From contig OZ059895.1 of NCBI GenBank assembly GCA_964057225.1, positions 23,684,001 through 23,748,000 of the forward strand: 64,000 bases of DNA, in the 5' to 3' direction. Source of the DNA: Auanema rhodensis. Its lineage: Eukaryota; Animalia; Nematoda. The notes beneath the pieces are model-generated. The model did not search any database. It was not told the DNA's origin and worked only from the letters and a program-made list of their open reading frames with translations. Each line of letters opens with the position of its first letter. The first letter of the stretch is position 1. Positions 1 to 12,458 of the stretch are shown here, one piece after another. The translations under genes were made by a program, and so were the position numbers.

Positions 1-3000
1 CTAATTAAATGTACACGTGATGTGCACTTGGTATGTAACTCGCTTCACGTGAAAGATAAAGAGATGCGGTTTTCAAAATTAGATTCCCCATGTCCATATT
101 AGTCTAAAAACAAATTTTTATTGATATTGGTTCATGGTAACCATGACTTTGAAATTTACGTGAACTTTAATTTATGCTAATTAAATGTACACGTGATGTG
201 CACTTGGTATGTAACTCGCTTCACGTGAAAGATAAAGAGATGCGGTTTTCAAAATTAGATTCCCCATGTCCATATTAGTCTAAAAACAAATTTTTATTGA
301 TATTGCTTCATGGTAACCATGACTTTGAAATTTACGTGAACTTTAATTTGTGCTAATTAAATGTACACGTGATGTGCACTTGGTATGTAACTCGCTTCAC
401 GTGAAAGATAAAGAGATGCGGTTTTCAAAATTAGATTCCCCATGTCCATATTAGTCTAAAAACAAATTTTTATTGATATTGCTTCATGGTAACCATGACT
501 TTGAAATTTACGTGAACTTTAATTTATGCTAATTAAATGTACACGTGATGTGCACTTGGTATGTAACTCGCTTCACGTGAAAGATAAAGAGATGCGGTTT
601 TCAAAATTAGATTCCCCATGTCCATATTAGTCTAAAAACAAATTTTTATTGATATTGGTTCATGGTAACCATGACTTTGAAATTTACGTGAACTTTAATT
701 TATGCTAATTAAATGTACACGTGATGTGCACTTGGTATGTAACTCGCTTCACGTGAAAGATAAAGAGATGCGGTTTTCAAAATTAGATTCCCCATGTCCA
801 TATTAGTCTAAAAACAGATTTTTATTGATATTGGTTCATGGTAACCATGACTTTGAAATTTACGTGAACTTTAATTTATGCTAATTAAATGTACACGTGA
901 TGTGCACTTGGTATGTAACTCGCTTCACGTGAAAGATAAAGAGATGCGGTTTTCAAAATTAGATTCCCCATGTCCATATTAGTCTAAAAACAAATTTTTA
1001 TTGATATTGCTTCATGGTAACCATGACTTTGAAATTTACGTGAACTTTAATTTGTGCTAATTAAATGTACACGTGATGTGCACTTGGTATGTAACTCGCT
1101 TCACGTGAAAGATAAAGAGATGCGGTTTTCAAAATTAGATTCCCCATGTCCATATTAGTCTAAAAACAAATTTTTATTGATATTGCTTCATGGTAACCAT
1201 GACTTTGAAATTTACGTGAACTTTAATTTATGCTAATTAAATGTACACGTGATGTGCACTTGGTATGTAACTCGCTTCACGTGAAAGATAAAGAGATGCG
1301 GTTTTCAAAATTAGATTCCCCATGTCCATATTAGTCTAAAAACAAATTTTTATTGATATTGGTTCATGGTAACCATGACTTTGAAATTTACGTGAACTTT
1401 AATTTATGCTAATTAAATGTACACGTGATGTGCACTTGGTATGTAACTCGCTTCACGTGAAAGATAAAGAGATGCGGTTTTCAAAATTAGATTCCCCATG
1501 TCCATATTAGTCTAAAAACAAATTTTTATTGATATTGCTTCATGGTAACCATGACTTTGAAATTTACGTGAACTTTAATTTATGCTAATTAAATGTACAC
1601 GTGATGTGCACTTGGTATGTAACTCGCTTCACGTGAAAGATAAAGAGATGCGGTTTTCAAAATTAGATTCCCCATGTCCATATTAGTCTAAAAACAAATT
1701 TTTATTGATATTGGTTCATGGTAACCATGACTTTGAAATTTACGTGAACTTTAATTTATGCTAATTAAATGTACACGTGATGTGCACTTGGTATGTAACT
1801 CGCTTCACGTGAAAGATAAAGAGATGCGGTTTTCAAAATTAGATTCCCCATATCCATATTAGTCTAAAAACAAATTTTTATTGATATTGGTGCATGGTAA
1901 CCATGACTTTGAAATTTACGTGAACTTTAATTTATGCTAATTAAATGTACACGTGATGTGCACTTGGTATGTAACTCGCTTCACGTGAAAGATAAAGAGA
2001 TGCGGTTCTCAAAATTAGATTCCCCATGTCCATATTAGTCTAAAAACAAATTTTTATTGATATTGGTGCATGGTAACCATGACTTTGAAATTTACGTGAA
2101 CTTTAATTTATGCTAATTAAATGTACACGTGATGTGCACTTGGTATGTAACTCGCTTCACGTGAAAGATAAAGAGATGCGGTTTTCAAAATTAGATTCCC
2201 CATGTCCATATTAGTCTAAAAACAAATTTTTATTGATATTGCTTCATGGTAACCATGACTTTGAAATTTACGTGAACTTTAATTTGTGCTAATTAAATGT
2301 ACACGTGATGTGCACTTGGTATGTAACTCGCTTCACGTGAAAGATAAAGAGATGCGGTTTTCAAAATTAGATTCCCCATGTCCATATTAGTCTAAAAACA
2401 AATTTTTATTGATATTGGTTCATGGTAACCATGACTTTGAAATTTACGTGAACTTTAATTTATGCTAATTAAATGTACACGTGATGTGCACTTGGTATGT
2501 AACTCGCTTCACGTGAAAGATAAAGAGATGCGGTTTTCAAAATTAGATTCCCCATGTCCATATTAGTCTAAAAACAAATTTTTATTGATATTGGTTCATG
2601 GTAACCATGACTTTGAAATTTACGTGAACTTTAATTTATGCTAATTAAATGTACACGTGATGTGCACTTGGTATGTAACTCGCTTCACGTGAAAGATAAA
2701 GAGATGCGGTTTTCAAAATTAGATTCCCCATGTCCATATTAGTCTAAAAACAAATTTTTATTGATATTGGTTCATGGTAACCATGACTTTGAAATTTACG
2801 TGAACTTTAATTTATGCTAATTAAATGTACACGTGATGTGCACTTGGTATGTAACTCGCTTCACGTGAAAGATAAAGAGATGCGGTTTTCAAAATTAGAT
2901 TCCCCATATCCATATTAGTCTAAAAACAAATTTTTATTGATATTGGTGCATGGTAACCATGACTTTGAAATTTACGTGAACTTTAATTTATGCTAATTAA

Positions 3001-4400
3001 ATGTACACGTGATGTGCACTTGGTATGTAACTCGCTTCACGTGAAAGATAAAGAGATGCGGTTCTCAAAATTAGATTCCCCATGTCCATATTAGTCTAAA
3101 AACAAATTTTTATTGATATTGGTGCATGGTAACCATGACTTTGAATTTTACGTGAACTTTAATTTATGCTAATTAAATGTACACGTGATGTGCACTTGGT
3201 ATGTAACTCGCTTCACGTGAAAGATAAAGAGATGCGGTTTTCAAAATTAGATTCCCCATGTCCATATTAGTCTAAAAACAAATTTTTATTGATATTGGTT
3301 CATGGTAACCATGACTTTGAAATTTACGTGAACTTTAATTTATGCTAATTAAATGTACACGTGATGTGCACTTGGTATGTAACTCGCTTCACGTGAAAGA
3401 TAAAGAGATGCGGTTTTCAAAATTAGATTCCCCATGTCCATATTAGTCTAAAAACAAATTTTTATTGATATTGGTTCATGGTAACCATGACTTTGAAATT
3501 TACGTGAACTTTAATTTATGCTAATTAAATGTACACGTGATGTGCACTTGGTATGTAACTCGCTTCACGTGAAAGATAAAGAGATGCGGTTTTCAAAATT
3601 AGATTCCCCATATCCATATTAGTCTAAAAACAAATTTTTATTGATATTGGTGCATGGTAACCATGACTTTGAAATTTACGTGAACTTTAATTTATGCTAA
3701 TTAAATGTACACGTGATGTGCACTTGGTATGTAACTCGCTTCACGTGAAAGATAAAGAGATGCGGTTCTCAAAATTAGATTCCCCATGTCCATATTAGTC
3801 TAAAAACAAATTTTTATTGATATTGGTGCATGGTAACCATGACTTTGAATTTTACGTGAACTTTAATTTATGCTAATTAAATGTACACGTGATGTGCACT
3901 TGGTATGTAACTCGCTTCACGTGAAAGATAAAGAGATGCGGTTTTCAAAATTAGATTCCCCATGTCCATATTAGTCTAAAAACAAATTTTTATTGATATT
4001 GGTGCATGATAACCATGACTTTGAAATTAACGTGAACTTTAATTTATGCTAATTAAATGTACACGTGATGTGCACTTGGTATGTAACTCGCTTCACGTGA
4101 AAGATAAAGAGATGCGGTTTTCAAAATTAGATTCCCCATGTCCATATTAGTCTAAAAACAAATTTTTATTGATATTGGTTCATGGTAACCATGACTTTGA
4201 AATTTACGTGAACTTTAATTTATGCTAATTAAATGTACACGTGATGTGCACTTGGTATGTAACTCGCTTCACGTGAAAGATAAAGAGATGCGGTTTTCAA
4301 AATTAGATTCCCCATGTCCATATTAGTCTAAAAACAAATTTTTATTGATATTGGTGCATGGTAACCATGACTTTGAAATTTACGTGAACTTTAATTTATG

Positions 4401-4674
4401 CTAATTAAATGTACACGTGATGTGCACTTGGTATGTAACTCGGTTCACGTGAAAGATAAAGAGATGCGGTTTTCAAAATTAGATTCCCCATGTCCATATT
4501 AGTCTAAAAACAAATTTTTATTGATATTTTGAAATTTTCATATTAGTCTAAAAACAACAAGATGCGGTTTTCAAAATTAGATTCCCCATGTCCATATTAG
4601 TCTAAAAACAAATTTTTATTGATATTGGTGCATGGTAACCATGACTTTAAAATTTACGTGAACTTTAATTTATG
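4401..4674 (+). repeat. 274-bp variant monomer, subtype A (98-bp insertion at 4529-4626, plus C43G and G151A)
   Basis: After TTGATATT (monomer position 128) comes TTGAAATTTTCATATTAGTCTAAAAACAACA, then the sequence restarts at monomer position 62 (AGATGCGG). The next monomer starts at 4675. Confidence 0.97.
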
Positions 4675-5378
4675 CTAATTAAATGTACACGTGATGTGCA
4701 CTTGGTATGTAACTCGCTTCACGTGAAAGATAAAGAGATGCGGTTTTCAAAATTAGATTCCCCATGTCCATATTAGTCTAAAAACAAATTTTTATTGATA
4801 TTGGTGCATGGTAACCATGACTTTGAATTTTACGTGAACTTTAATTTATGCTAATTAAATGTACACGTGATGTGCACTTGGTATGTAACTCGCTTCACGT
4901 GAAAGATAAAGAGATGCGGTTTTCAAAATTAGATTCCCCATGTCCATATTAGTCTAAAAACAAATTTTTATTGATATTGGTGCATGGTAACCATGACTTT
5001 GAAATTTACGTGAACTTTAATTTATGCTAATTAAATGTACACGTGATGTGCACTTGGTATGTAACTCGCTTCACGTGAAAGATAAAGAGATGCGGTTTTC
5101 AAAATTAGATTCCCCATGTCCATATTAGTCTAAAAACAAATTTTTATTGATATTGGTGCATGGTAACCATGACTTTGAAATTTACGTGAAGTTTAATTTA
5201 TGCTAATTAAATGTACACGTGATGTGCACTTGGTATGTAACTCGCTTCACGTGAAAGATAAAGAGATGCGGTTTTCAAAATTAGATTCCCCATGTCCATA
5301 TTAGTCTAAAAACAAATTTTTATTGATATTGGTGCATGGTAACCATGACTTTGAAATTTACGTGAACTTTAATTTATG

Positions 5379-5652
5379 CTAATTAAATGTACACGTGATG
5401 TGCACTTGGTATGTAACTCGCTTCACGTGAAAGATAAAGAGATGCGGTTTTCAAAATTAGATTCCCCATGTCCATATTAGTCTAAAAACAAATTTTTATT
5501 GATATTTTGAAATTTTCATATTAGTCTAAAAACAACAAGATGCGGTTTTCAAAATTAGATTCCCCATGTCCATATTAGTCTAAAAACAAATTTTTATTGA
5601 TATTGGTGCATGGTAACCATGACTTTGAAATTTACGTGAACTTTAATTTATG
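5379..5652 (+). repeat. 274-bp variant monomer, subtype B (insertion 5507-5604)
   Basis: Same junction; consensus C43 and G151. Confidence 0.97.
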
Positions 5653-8644
5653 CTAATTAAATGTACACGTGATGTGCACTTGGTATGTAACTCGCTTCAC
5701 GTGAAAGATAAAGAGATGCGGTTTTCAAAATTAGATTCCCCATGTCCATATTAGTCTAAAAACAAATTTTTATTGATATTGGTGCATGGTAACCATGACT
5801 TTAAAATTTACGTGAACTTTAATTTATGCTAATTAAATGTACACGTGATGTGCACTTGGTATGTAACTCGCTTCACGTGAAAGATAAAGAGATGCGGTTT
5901 TCAAAATTAGATTCCCCATGTCCATATTAGTCTAAAAACAAATTTTTATTGATATTGGTGCATGGTAACCATGACTTTGAATTTTACGTGAACTTTAATT
6001 TATGCTAATTAAATGTACACGTGATGTGCACTTGGTATGTAACTCGCTTCACGTGAAAGATAAAGAGATGCGGTTTTCAAAATTAGATTCCCCATGTCCA
6101 TATTAGTCTAAAAACAAATTTTTATTGATATTGGTGCATGGTAACCATGACTTTGAAATTTACGTGAACTTTAATTTATGCTAATTAAATGTACACGTGA
6201 TGTGCACTTGGTATGTAACTCGCTTCACGTGAAAGATAAAGAGATGCGGTTTTCAAAATTAGATTCCCCATGTCCATATTAGTCTAAAAACAAATTTTTA
6301 TTGATATTGGTGCATGGTAACCATGACTTTGAAATTTACGTGAAGTTTAATTTATGCTAATTAAATGTACACGTGATGTGCACTTGGTATGTAACTCGCT
6401 TCACGTGAAAGATAAAGAGATGCGGTTTTCAAAATTAGATTCCCCATGTCCATATTAGTCTAAAAACAAATTTTTATTGATATTGGTTCATGGTAACCAT
6501 GACTTTTAAATTTACGTGAACTTTAATTTATGCTAATTAAATGTACACGTGATGTGCACTTGGTATGTAACTCGCTTCACGTGAAAGATAAAGAGATGCG
6601 GTTTTCAAAATTAGATTCCCCATGTCCATATTAGTCTAAAAACAAATTTTTATTGATATTGGTGCATGGTAACCATGACTTTGAAATTTACGTGAACTTT
6701 AATTTATGCTAATTAAATGTACACGTGATGTGCACTTGGTATGTAACTCGCTTCACGTGAAAGATAAAGAGATGCGGTTTTCAAAATTAGATTACCCATG
6801 TCCATATTAGTCTAAAAACAAATTTTTATTGATATTGGTTCATGGTAACCATGACTTTGAAATTTACGTGAACTTTAATTTATGCTAATTAAATGTACAC
6901 GTGATGTGCACTTGGTATGTAACTCGCTTCACGTGAAAGATAAAGAGATGCGGTTTTCAAAATTAGATTCCCCATGTCCATATTAGTCTAAAAACAAATT
7001 TTTATTGATATTGGTGCATGGTAACCATGACTTTGAAATTTACGTGAACTTTAATTCATGCTAATTAAATGTACACGTGATGTGCACTTGGTATGTAACT
7101 CGCTTCACGTGAAAGATAAAGAGATGCGGTTTTCAAAATTAGATTCCCCATGTCCATATTAGTCTAAAAACAAATTTTTATTGATATTGCTTCATGGTAA
7201 CCATGACTTTGAAATTTACGTGAACTTTAATTTATGCTAATTAAATGTACACGTGATGTGCACTTGGTATGTAACTCGCTTCACGTGAAAGATAAAGAGA
7301 TGCGGTTTTCAAAATTAGATTCCCCATGTCCATATTAGTCTAAAAACAAATTTTTATTGATATTGGTTCATGGTAACCATGACTTTGAAATTTACGTGAA
7401 CTTTAATTTATGCTAATTAAATGTACACGTGATGTGCACTTGGTATGTAACTCGCTTCACGTGAAAGATAAAGAGATGCGGTTTTCAAAATTAGATTCCC
7501 CATGTCCATATTAGTCTAAAAACAAATTTTTATTGATATTGGTTCATGGTAACCATGACTTTGAAATTTACGTGAACTTTAATTTATGCTAATTAAATGT
7601 ACACGTGATGTGCACTTGGTATGTAACTCGCTTCACGTGAAAGATAAAGAGATGCGGTTTTCAAAATTAGATTCCCCATATCCATATTAGTCTAAAAACA
7701 AATTTTTATTGATATTGGTGCATGGTAACCATGACTTTGAAATTTACGTGAACTTTAATTTATGCTAATTAAATGTACACGTGATGTGCACTTGGTATGT
7801 AACTCGCTTCACGTGAAAGATAAAGAGATGCGGTTCTCAAAATTAGATTCCCCATGTCCATATTAGTCTAAAAACAAATTTTTATTGATATTGGTGCATG
7901 GTAACCATGACTTTGAATTTTACGTGAACTTTAATTTATGCTAATTAAATGTACACGTGATGTGCACTTGGTATGTAACTCGCTTCACGTGAAAGATAAA
8001 GAGATGCGGTTTTCAAAATTAGATTCCCCATGTCCATATTAGTCTAAAAACAAATTTTTATTGATATTGGTGCATGATAACCATGACTTTGAAATTAACG
8101 TGAACTTTAATTTATGCTAATTAAATGTACACGTGATGTGCACTTGGTATGTAACTCGCTTCACGTGAAAGATAAAGAGATGCGGTTTTCAAAATTAGAT
8201 TCCCCATGTCCATATTAGTCTAAAAACAAATTTTTATTGATATTGGTTCATGGTAACCATGACTTTGAAATTTACGTGAACTTTAATTTATGCTAATTAA
8301 ATGTACACGTGATGTGCACTTGGTATGTAACTCGCTTCACGTGAAAGATAAAGAGATGCGGTTTTCAAAATTAGATTCCCCATGTCCATATTAGTCTAAA
8401 AACAAATTTTTATTGATATTGGTGCATGGTAACCATGACTTTGAAATTTACGTGAACTTTAATTTATGCTAATTAAATGTACACGTGATGTGCACTTGGT
8501 ATGTAACTCGCTTCACGTGAAAGATAAAGAGATGCGGTTTTCAAAATTAGATTCCCCATGTCCATATTAGTCTAAAAACAAATTTTTATTGATATTGGTG
8601 CATGGTAACCATGACTTTGAAATTTACGTGAACTTTAATTTATG

Positions 8645-8918
8645 CTAATTAAATGTACACGTGATGTGCACTTGGTATGTAACTCGGTTCACGTGAAAGA
8701 TAAAGAGATGCGGTTTTCAAAATTAGATTCCCCATGTCCATATTAGTCTAAAAACAAATTTTTATTGATATTTTGAAATTTTCATATTAGTCTAAAAACA
8801 ACAAGATGCGGTTTTCAAAATTAGATTCCCCATGTCCATATTAGTCTAAAAACAAATTTTTATTGATATTGGTGCATGGTAACCATGACTTTAAAATTTA
8901 CGTGAACTTTAATTTATG
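8645..8918 (+). repeat. 274-bp variant monomer, subtype A (insertion 8773-8870)
   Basis: Same junction; CGGTTCAC (C43G) and CTTTAAAA (G151A). Confidence 0.97.
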
Positions 8919-9622
8919 CTAATTAAATGTACACGTGATGTGCACTTGGTATGTAACTCGCTTCACGTGAAAGATAAAAAGATGCGGTTTTCAAAATTAG
9001 ATTCCCCATGTCCATATTAGTCTAAAAACAAATTTTTATTGATATTGGTGCATGGTAACCATGACTTTGAATTTTACGTGAACTTTAATTTATGCTAATT
9101 AAATGTACACGTGATGTGCACTTGGTATGTAACTCGCTTCACGTGAAAGATAAAGAGATGCGGTTTTCAAAATTAGATTCCCCATGTCCATATTAGTCTA
9201 AAAACAAATTTTTATTGATATTGGTGCATGGTAACCATGACTTTGAAATTTACGTGAACTTTAATTTATGCTAATTAAATGTACACGTGATGTGCACTTG
9301 GTATGTAACTCGCTTCACGTGAAAGATAAAGAGATGCGGTTTTCAAAATTAGATTCCCCATGTCCATATTAGTCTAAAAACAAATTTTTATTGATATTGG
9401 TGCATGGTAACCATGACTTTGAAATTTACGTGAAGTTTAATTTATGCTAATTAAATGTACACGTGATGTGCACTTGGTATGTAACTCGCTTCACGTGAAA
9501 GATAAAGAGATGCGGTTTTCAAAATTAGATTCCCCATGTCCATATTAGTCTAAAAACAAATTTTTATTGATATTGGTGCATGGTAACCATGACTTTGAAA
9601 TTTACGTGAACTTTAATTTATG

Positions 9623-9896
9623 CTAATTAAATGTACACGTGATGTGCACTTGGTATGTAACTCGCTTCACGTGAAAGATAAAGAGATGCGGTTTTCAAAA
9701 TTAGATTCCCCATGTCCATATTAGTCTAAAAACAAATTTTTATTGATATTTTGAAATTTTCATATTAGTCTAAAAACAACAAGATGCGGTTTTCAAAATT
9801 AGATTCCCCATGTCCATATTAGTCTAAAAACAAATTTTTATTGATATTGGTGCATGGTAACCATGACTTTGAAATTTACGTGAACTTTAATTTATG
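9623..9896 (+). repeat. 274-bp variant monomer, subtype B (insertion 9751-9848)
   Basis: Same junction; consensus C43 and G151. Confidence 0.97.
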
Positions 9897-10776
9897 CTAA
9901 TTAAATGTACACGTGATGTGCACTTGGTATGTAACTCGCTTCACGTGAAAGATAAAGAGATGCGGTTTTCAAAATTAGATTCCCCATGTCCATATTAGTC
10001 TAAAAACAAATTTTTATTGATATTGGTGCATGGTAACCATGACTTTAAAATTTACGTGAACTTTAATTTATGCTAATTAAATGTACACGTGATGTGCACT
10101 TGGTATGTAACTCGCTTCACGTGAAAGATAAAGAGATGCGGTTTTCAAAATTAGATTCCCCATGTCCATATTAGTCTAAAAACAAATTTTTATTGATATT
10201 GGTGCATGGTAACCATGACTTTGAATTTTACGTGAACTTTAATTTATGCTAATTAAATGTACACGTGATGTGCACTTGGTATGTAACTCGCTTCACGTGA
10301 AAGATAAAGAGATGCGGTTTTCAAAATTAGATTCCCCATGTCCATATTAGTCTAAAAACAAATTTTTATTGATATTGGTGCATGGTAACCATGACTTTGA
10401 AATTTACGTGAACTTTAATTTATGCTAATTAAATGTACACGTGATGTGCACTTGGTATGTAACTCGCTTCACGTGAAAGATAAAGAGATGCGGTTTTCAA
10501 AATTAGATTCCCCATGTCCATATTAGTCTAAAAACAAATTTTTATTGATATTGGTGCATGGTAACCATGACTTTGAAATTTACGTGAAGTTTAATTTATG
10601 CTAATTAAATGTACACGTGATGTGCACTTGGTATGTAACTCGCTTCACGTGAAAGATAAAGAGATGCGGTTTTCAAAATTAGATTCCCCATGTCCATATT
10701 AGTCTAAAAACAAATTTTTATTGATATTGGTGCATGGTAACCATGACTTTGAAATTTACGTGAACTTTAATTTATG

Positions 10777-11050
10777 CTAATTAAATGTACACGTGATGTG
10801 CACTTGGTATGTAACTCGCTTCACGTGAAAGATAAAGAGATGCGGTTTTCAAAATTAGATTCCCCATGTCCATATTAGTCTAAAAACAAATTTTTATTGA
10901 TATTTTGAAATTTTCATATTAGTCTAAAAACAACAAGATGCGGTTTTCAAAATTAGATTCCCCATGTCCATATTAGTCTAAAAACAAATTTTTATTGATA
11001 TTGGTGCATGGTAACCATGACTTTGAAATTTACGTGAACTTTAATTTATG
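10777..11050 (+). repeat. 274-bp variant monomer, subtype B (insertion 10905-11002)
   Basis: Same junction; 1154 bp after the previous subtype B copy. Confidence 0.97.
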
Positions 11051-12458
11051 CTAATTAAATGTACACGTGATGTGCACTTGGTATGTAACTCGCTTCACGT
11101 GAAAGATAAAGAGATGCGGTTTTCAAAATTAGATTCCCCATGTCCATATTAGTCTAAAAACAAATTTTTATTGATATTGGTGCATGGTAACCATGACTTT
11201 AAAATTTACGTGAACTTTAATTTATGCTAATTAAATGTACACGTGATGTGCACTTGGTATGTAACTCGCTTCACGTGAAAGATAAAGAGATGCGGTTTTC
11301 AAAATTAGATTCCCCATGTCCATATTAGTCTAAAAACAAATTTTTATTGATATTGGTGCATGGTAACCATGACTTTGAATTTTACGTGAACTTTAATTTA
11401 TGCTAATTAAATGTACACGTGATGTGCACTTGGTATGTAACTCGCTTCACGTGAAAGATAAAGAGATGCGGTTTTCAAAATTAGATTCCCCATGTCCATA
11501 TTAGTCTAAAAACAAATTTTTATTGATATTGGTGCATGGTAACCATGACTTTGAAATTTACGTGAACTTTAATTTATGCTAATTAAATGTACACGTGATG
11601 TGCACTTGGTATGTAACTCGCTTCACGTGAAAGATAAAGAGATGCGGTTTTCAAAATTAGATTCCCCATGTCCATATTAGTCTAAAAACAAATTTTTATT
11701 GATATTGGTGCATGGTAACCATGACTTTGAAATTTACGTGAAGTTTAATTTATGCTAATTAAATGTACACGTGATGTGCACTTGGTATGTAACTCGCTTC
11801 ACGTGAAAGATAAAGAGATGCGGTTTTCAAAATTAGATTCCCCATGTCCATATTAGTCTAAAAACAAATTTTTATTGATATTGGTTCATGGTAACCATGA
11901 CTTTTAAATTTACGTGAACTTTAATTTATGCTAATTAAATGTACACGTGATGTGCACTTGGTATGTAACTCGCTTCACGTGAAAGATAAAGAGATGCGGT
12001 TTTCAAAATTAGATTCCCCATGTCCATATTAGTCTAAAAACAAATTTTTATTGATATTGGTGCATGGTAACCATGACTTTGAAATTTACGTGAACTTTAA
12101 TTTATGCTAATTAAATGTACACGTGATGTGCACTTGGTATGTAACTCGCTTCACGTGAAAGATAAAGAGATGCGGTTTTCAAAATTAGATTACCCATGTC
12201 CATATTAGTCTAAAAACAAATTTTTATTGATATTGGTTCATGGTAACCATGACTTTGAAATTTACGTGAACTTTAATTTATGCTAATTAAATGTACACGT
12301 GATGTGCACTTGGTATGTAACTCGCTTCACGTGAAAGATAAAGAGATGCGGTTTTCAAAATTAGATTCCCCATGTCCATATTAGTCTAAAAACAAATTTT
12401 TATTGATATTGGTGCATGGTAACCATGACTTTGAAATTTACGTGAACTTTAATTCATG

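Larger units (their letters stand above)
3169..7236 (+). repeat. 22-monomer higher-order repeat, copy 1 (4068 bp)
   Basis: Ordered variants: cons, cons, G92A, T72C+A154T, G137A+T157A, cons, T132G, long-A, A154T, T132G, C165G, T132G, long-B, G151A, A154T, T132G, C165G, G151T, T132G, C86A, T173C, G130C. Confidence 0.9.
9447..11754 (+). repeat. Tandem duplication of a 6-monomer, 1154-bp unit containing long monomer B
   Basis: 9447-10600 matches 10601-11754 (T132G, long-B, G151A, A154T, T132G, C165G). Confidence 0.9.

Noticed and set aside
129-146. RFX X-box (CATGGTAAC / CATGGCAAC half-site)
   Set aside because: Only a half-site matches, and there is no promoter or gene context.
1-176. Assignment to a named satellite of similar length (Brassica CentBr 176, Arabidopsis CEN178, primate alpha 171)
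   Set aside because: Only the length is similar. I recognise no sequence match or CENP-B box; a BLAST/Dfam/Repbase search is needed.
1-176. Tandem 5S rRNA, tRNA, snRNA or spliced-leader gene array
   Set aside because: No recognisable conserved RNA sequence, cloverleaf or Pol III A/B boxes.
4529-4626. 98-bp insertion as a MITE or other transposon with target-site duplication
   Set aside because: It is explained by monomer-derived fragments and has no terminal inverted repeats or poly(A). All copies share one position and flanking haplotype, so they spread by block duplication.
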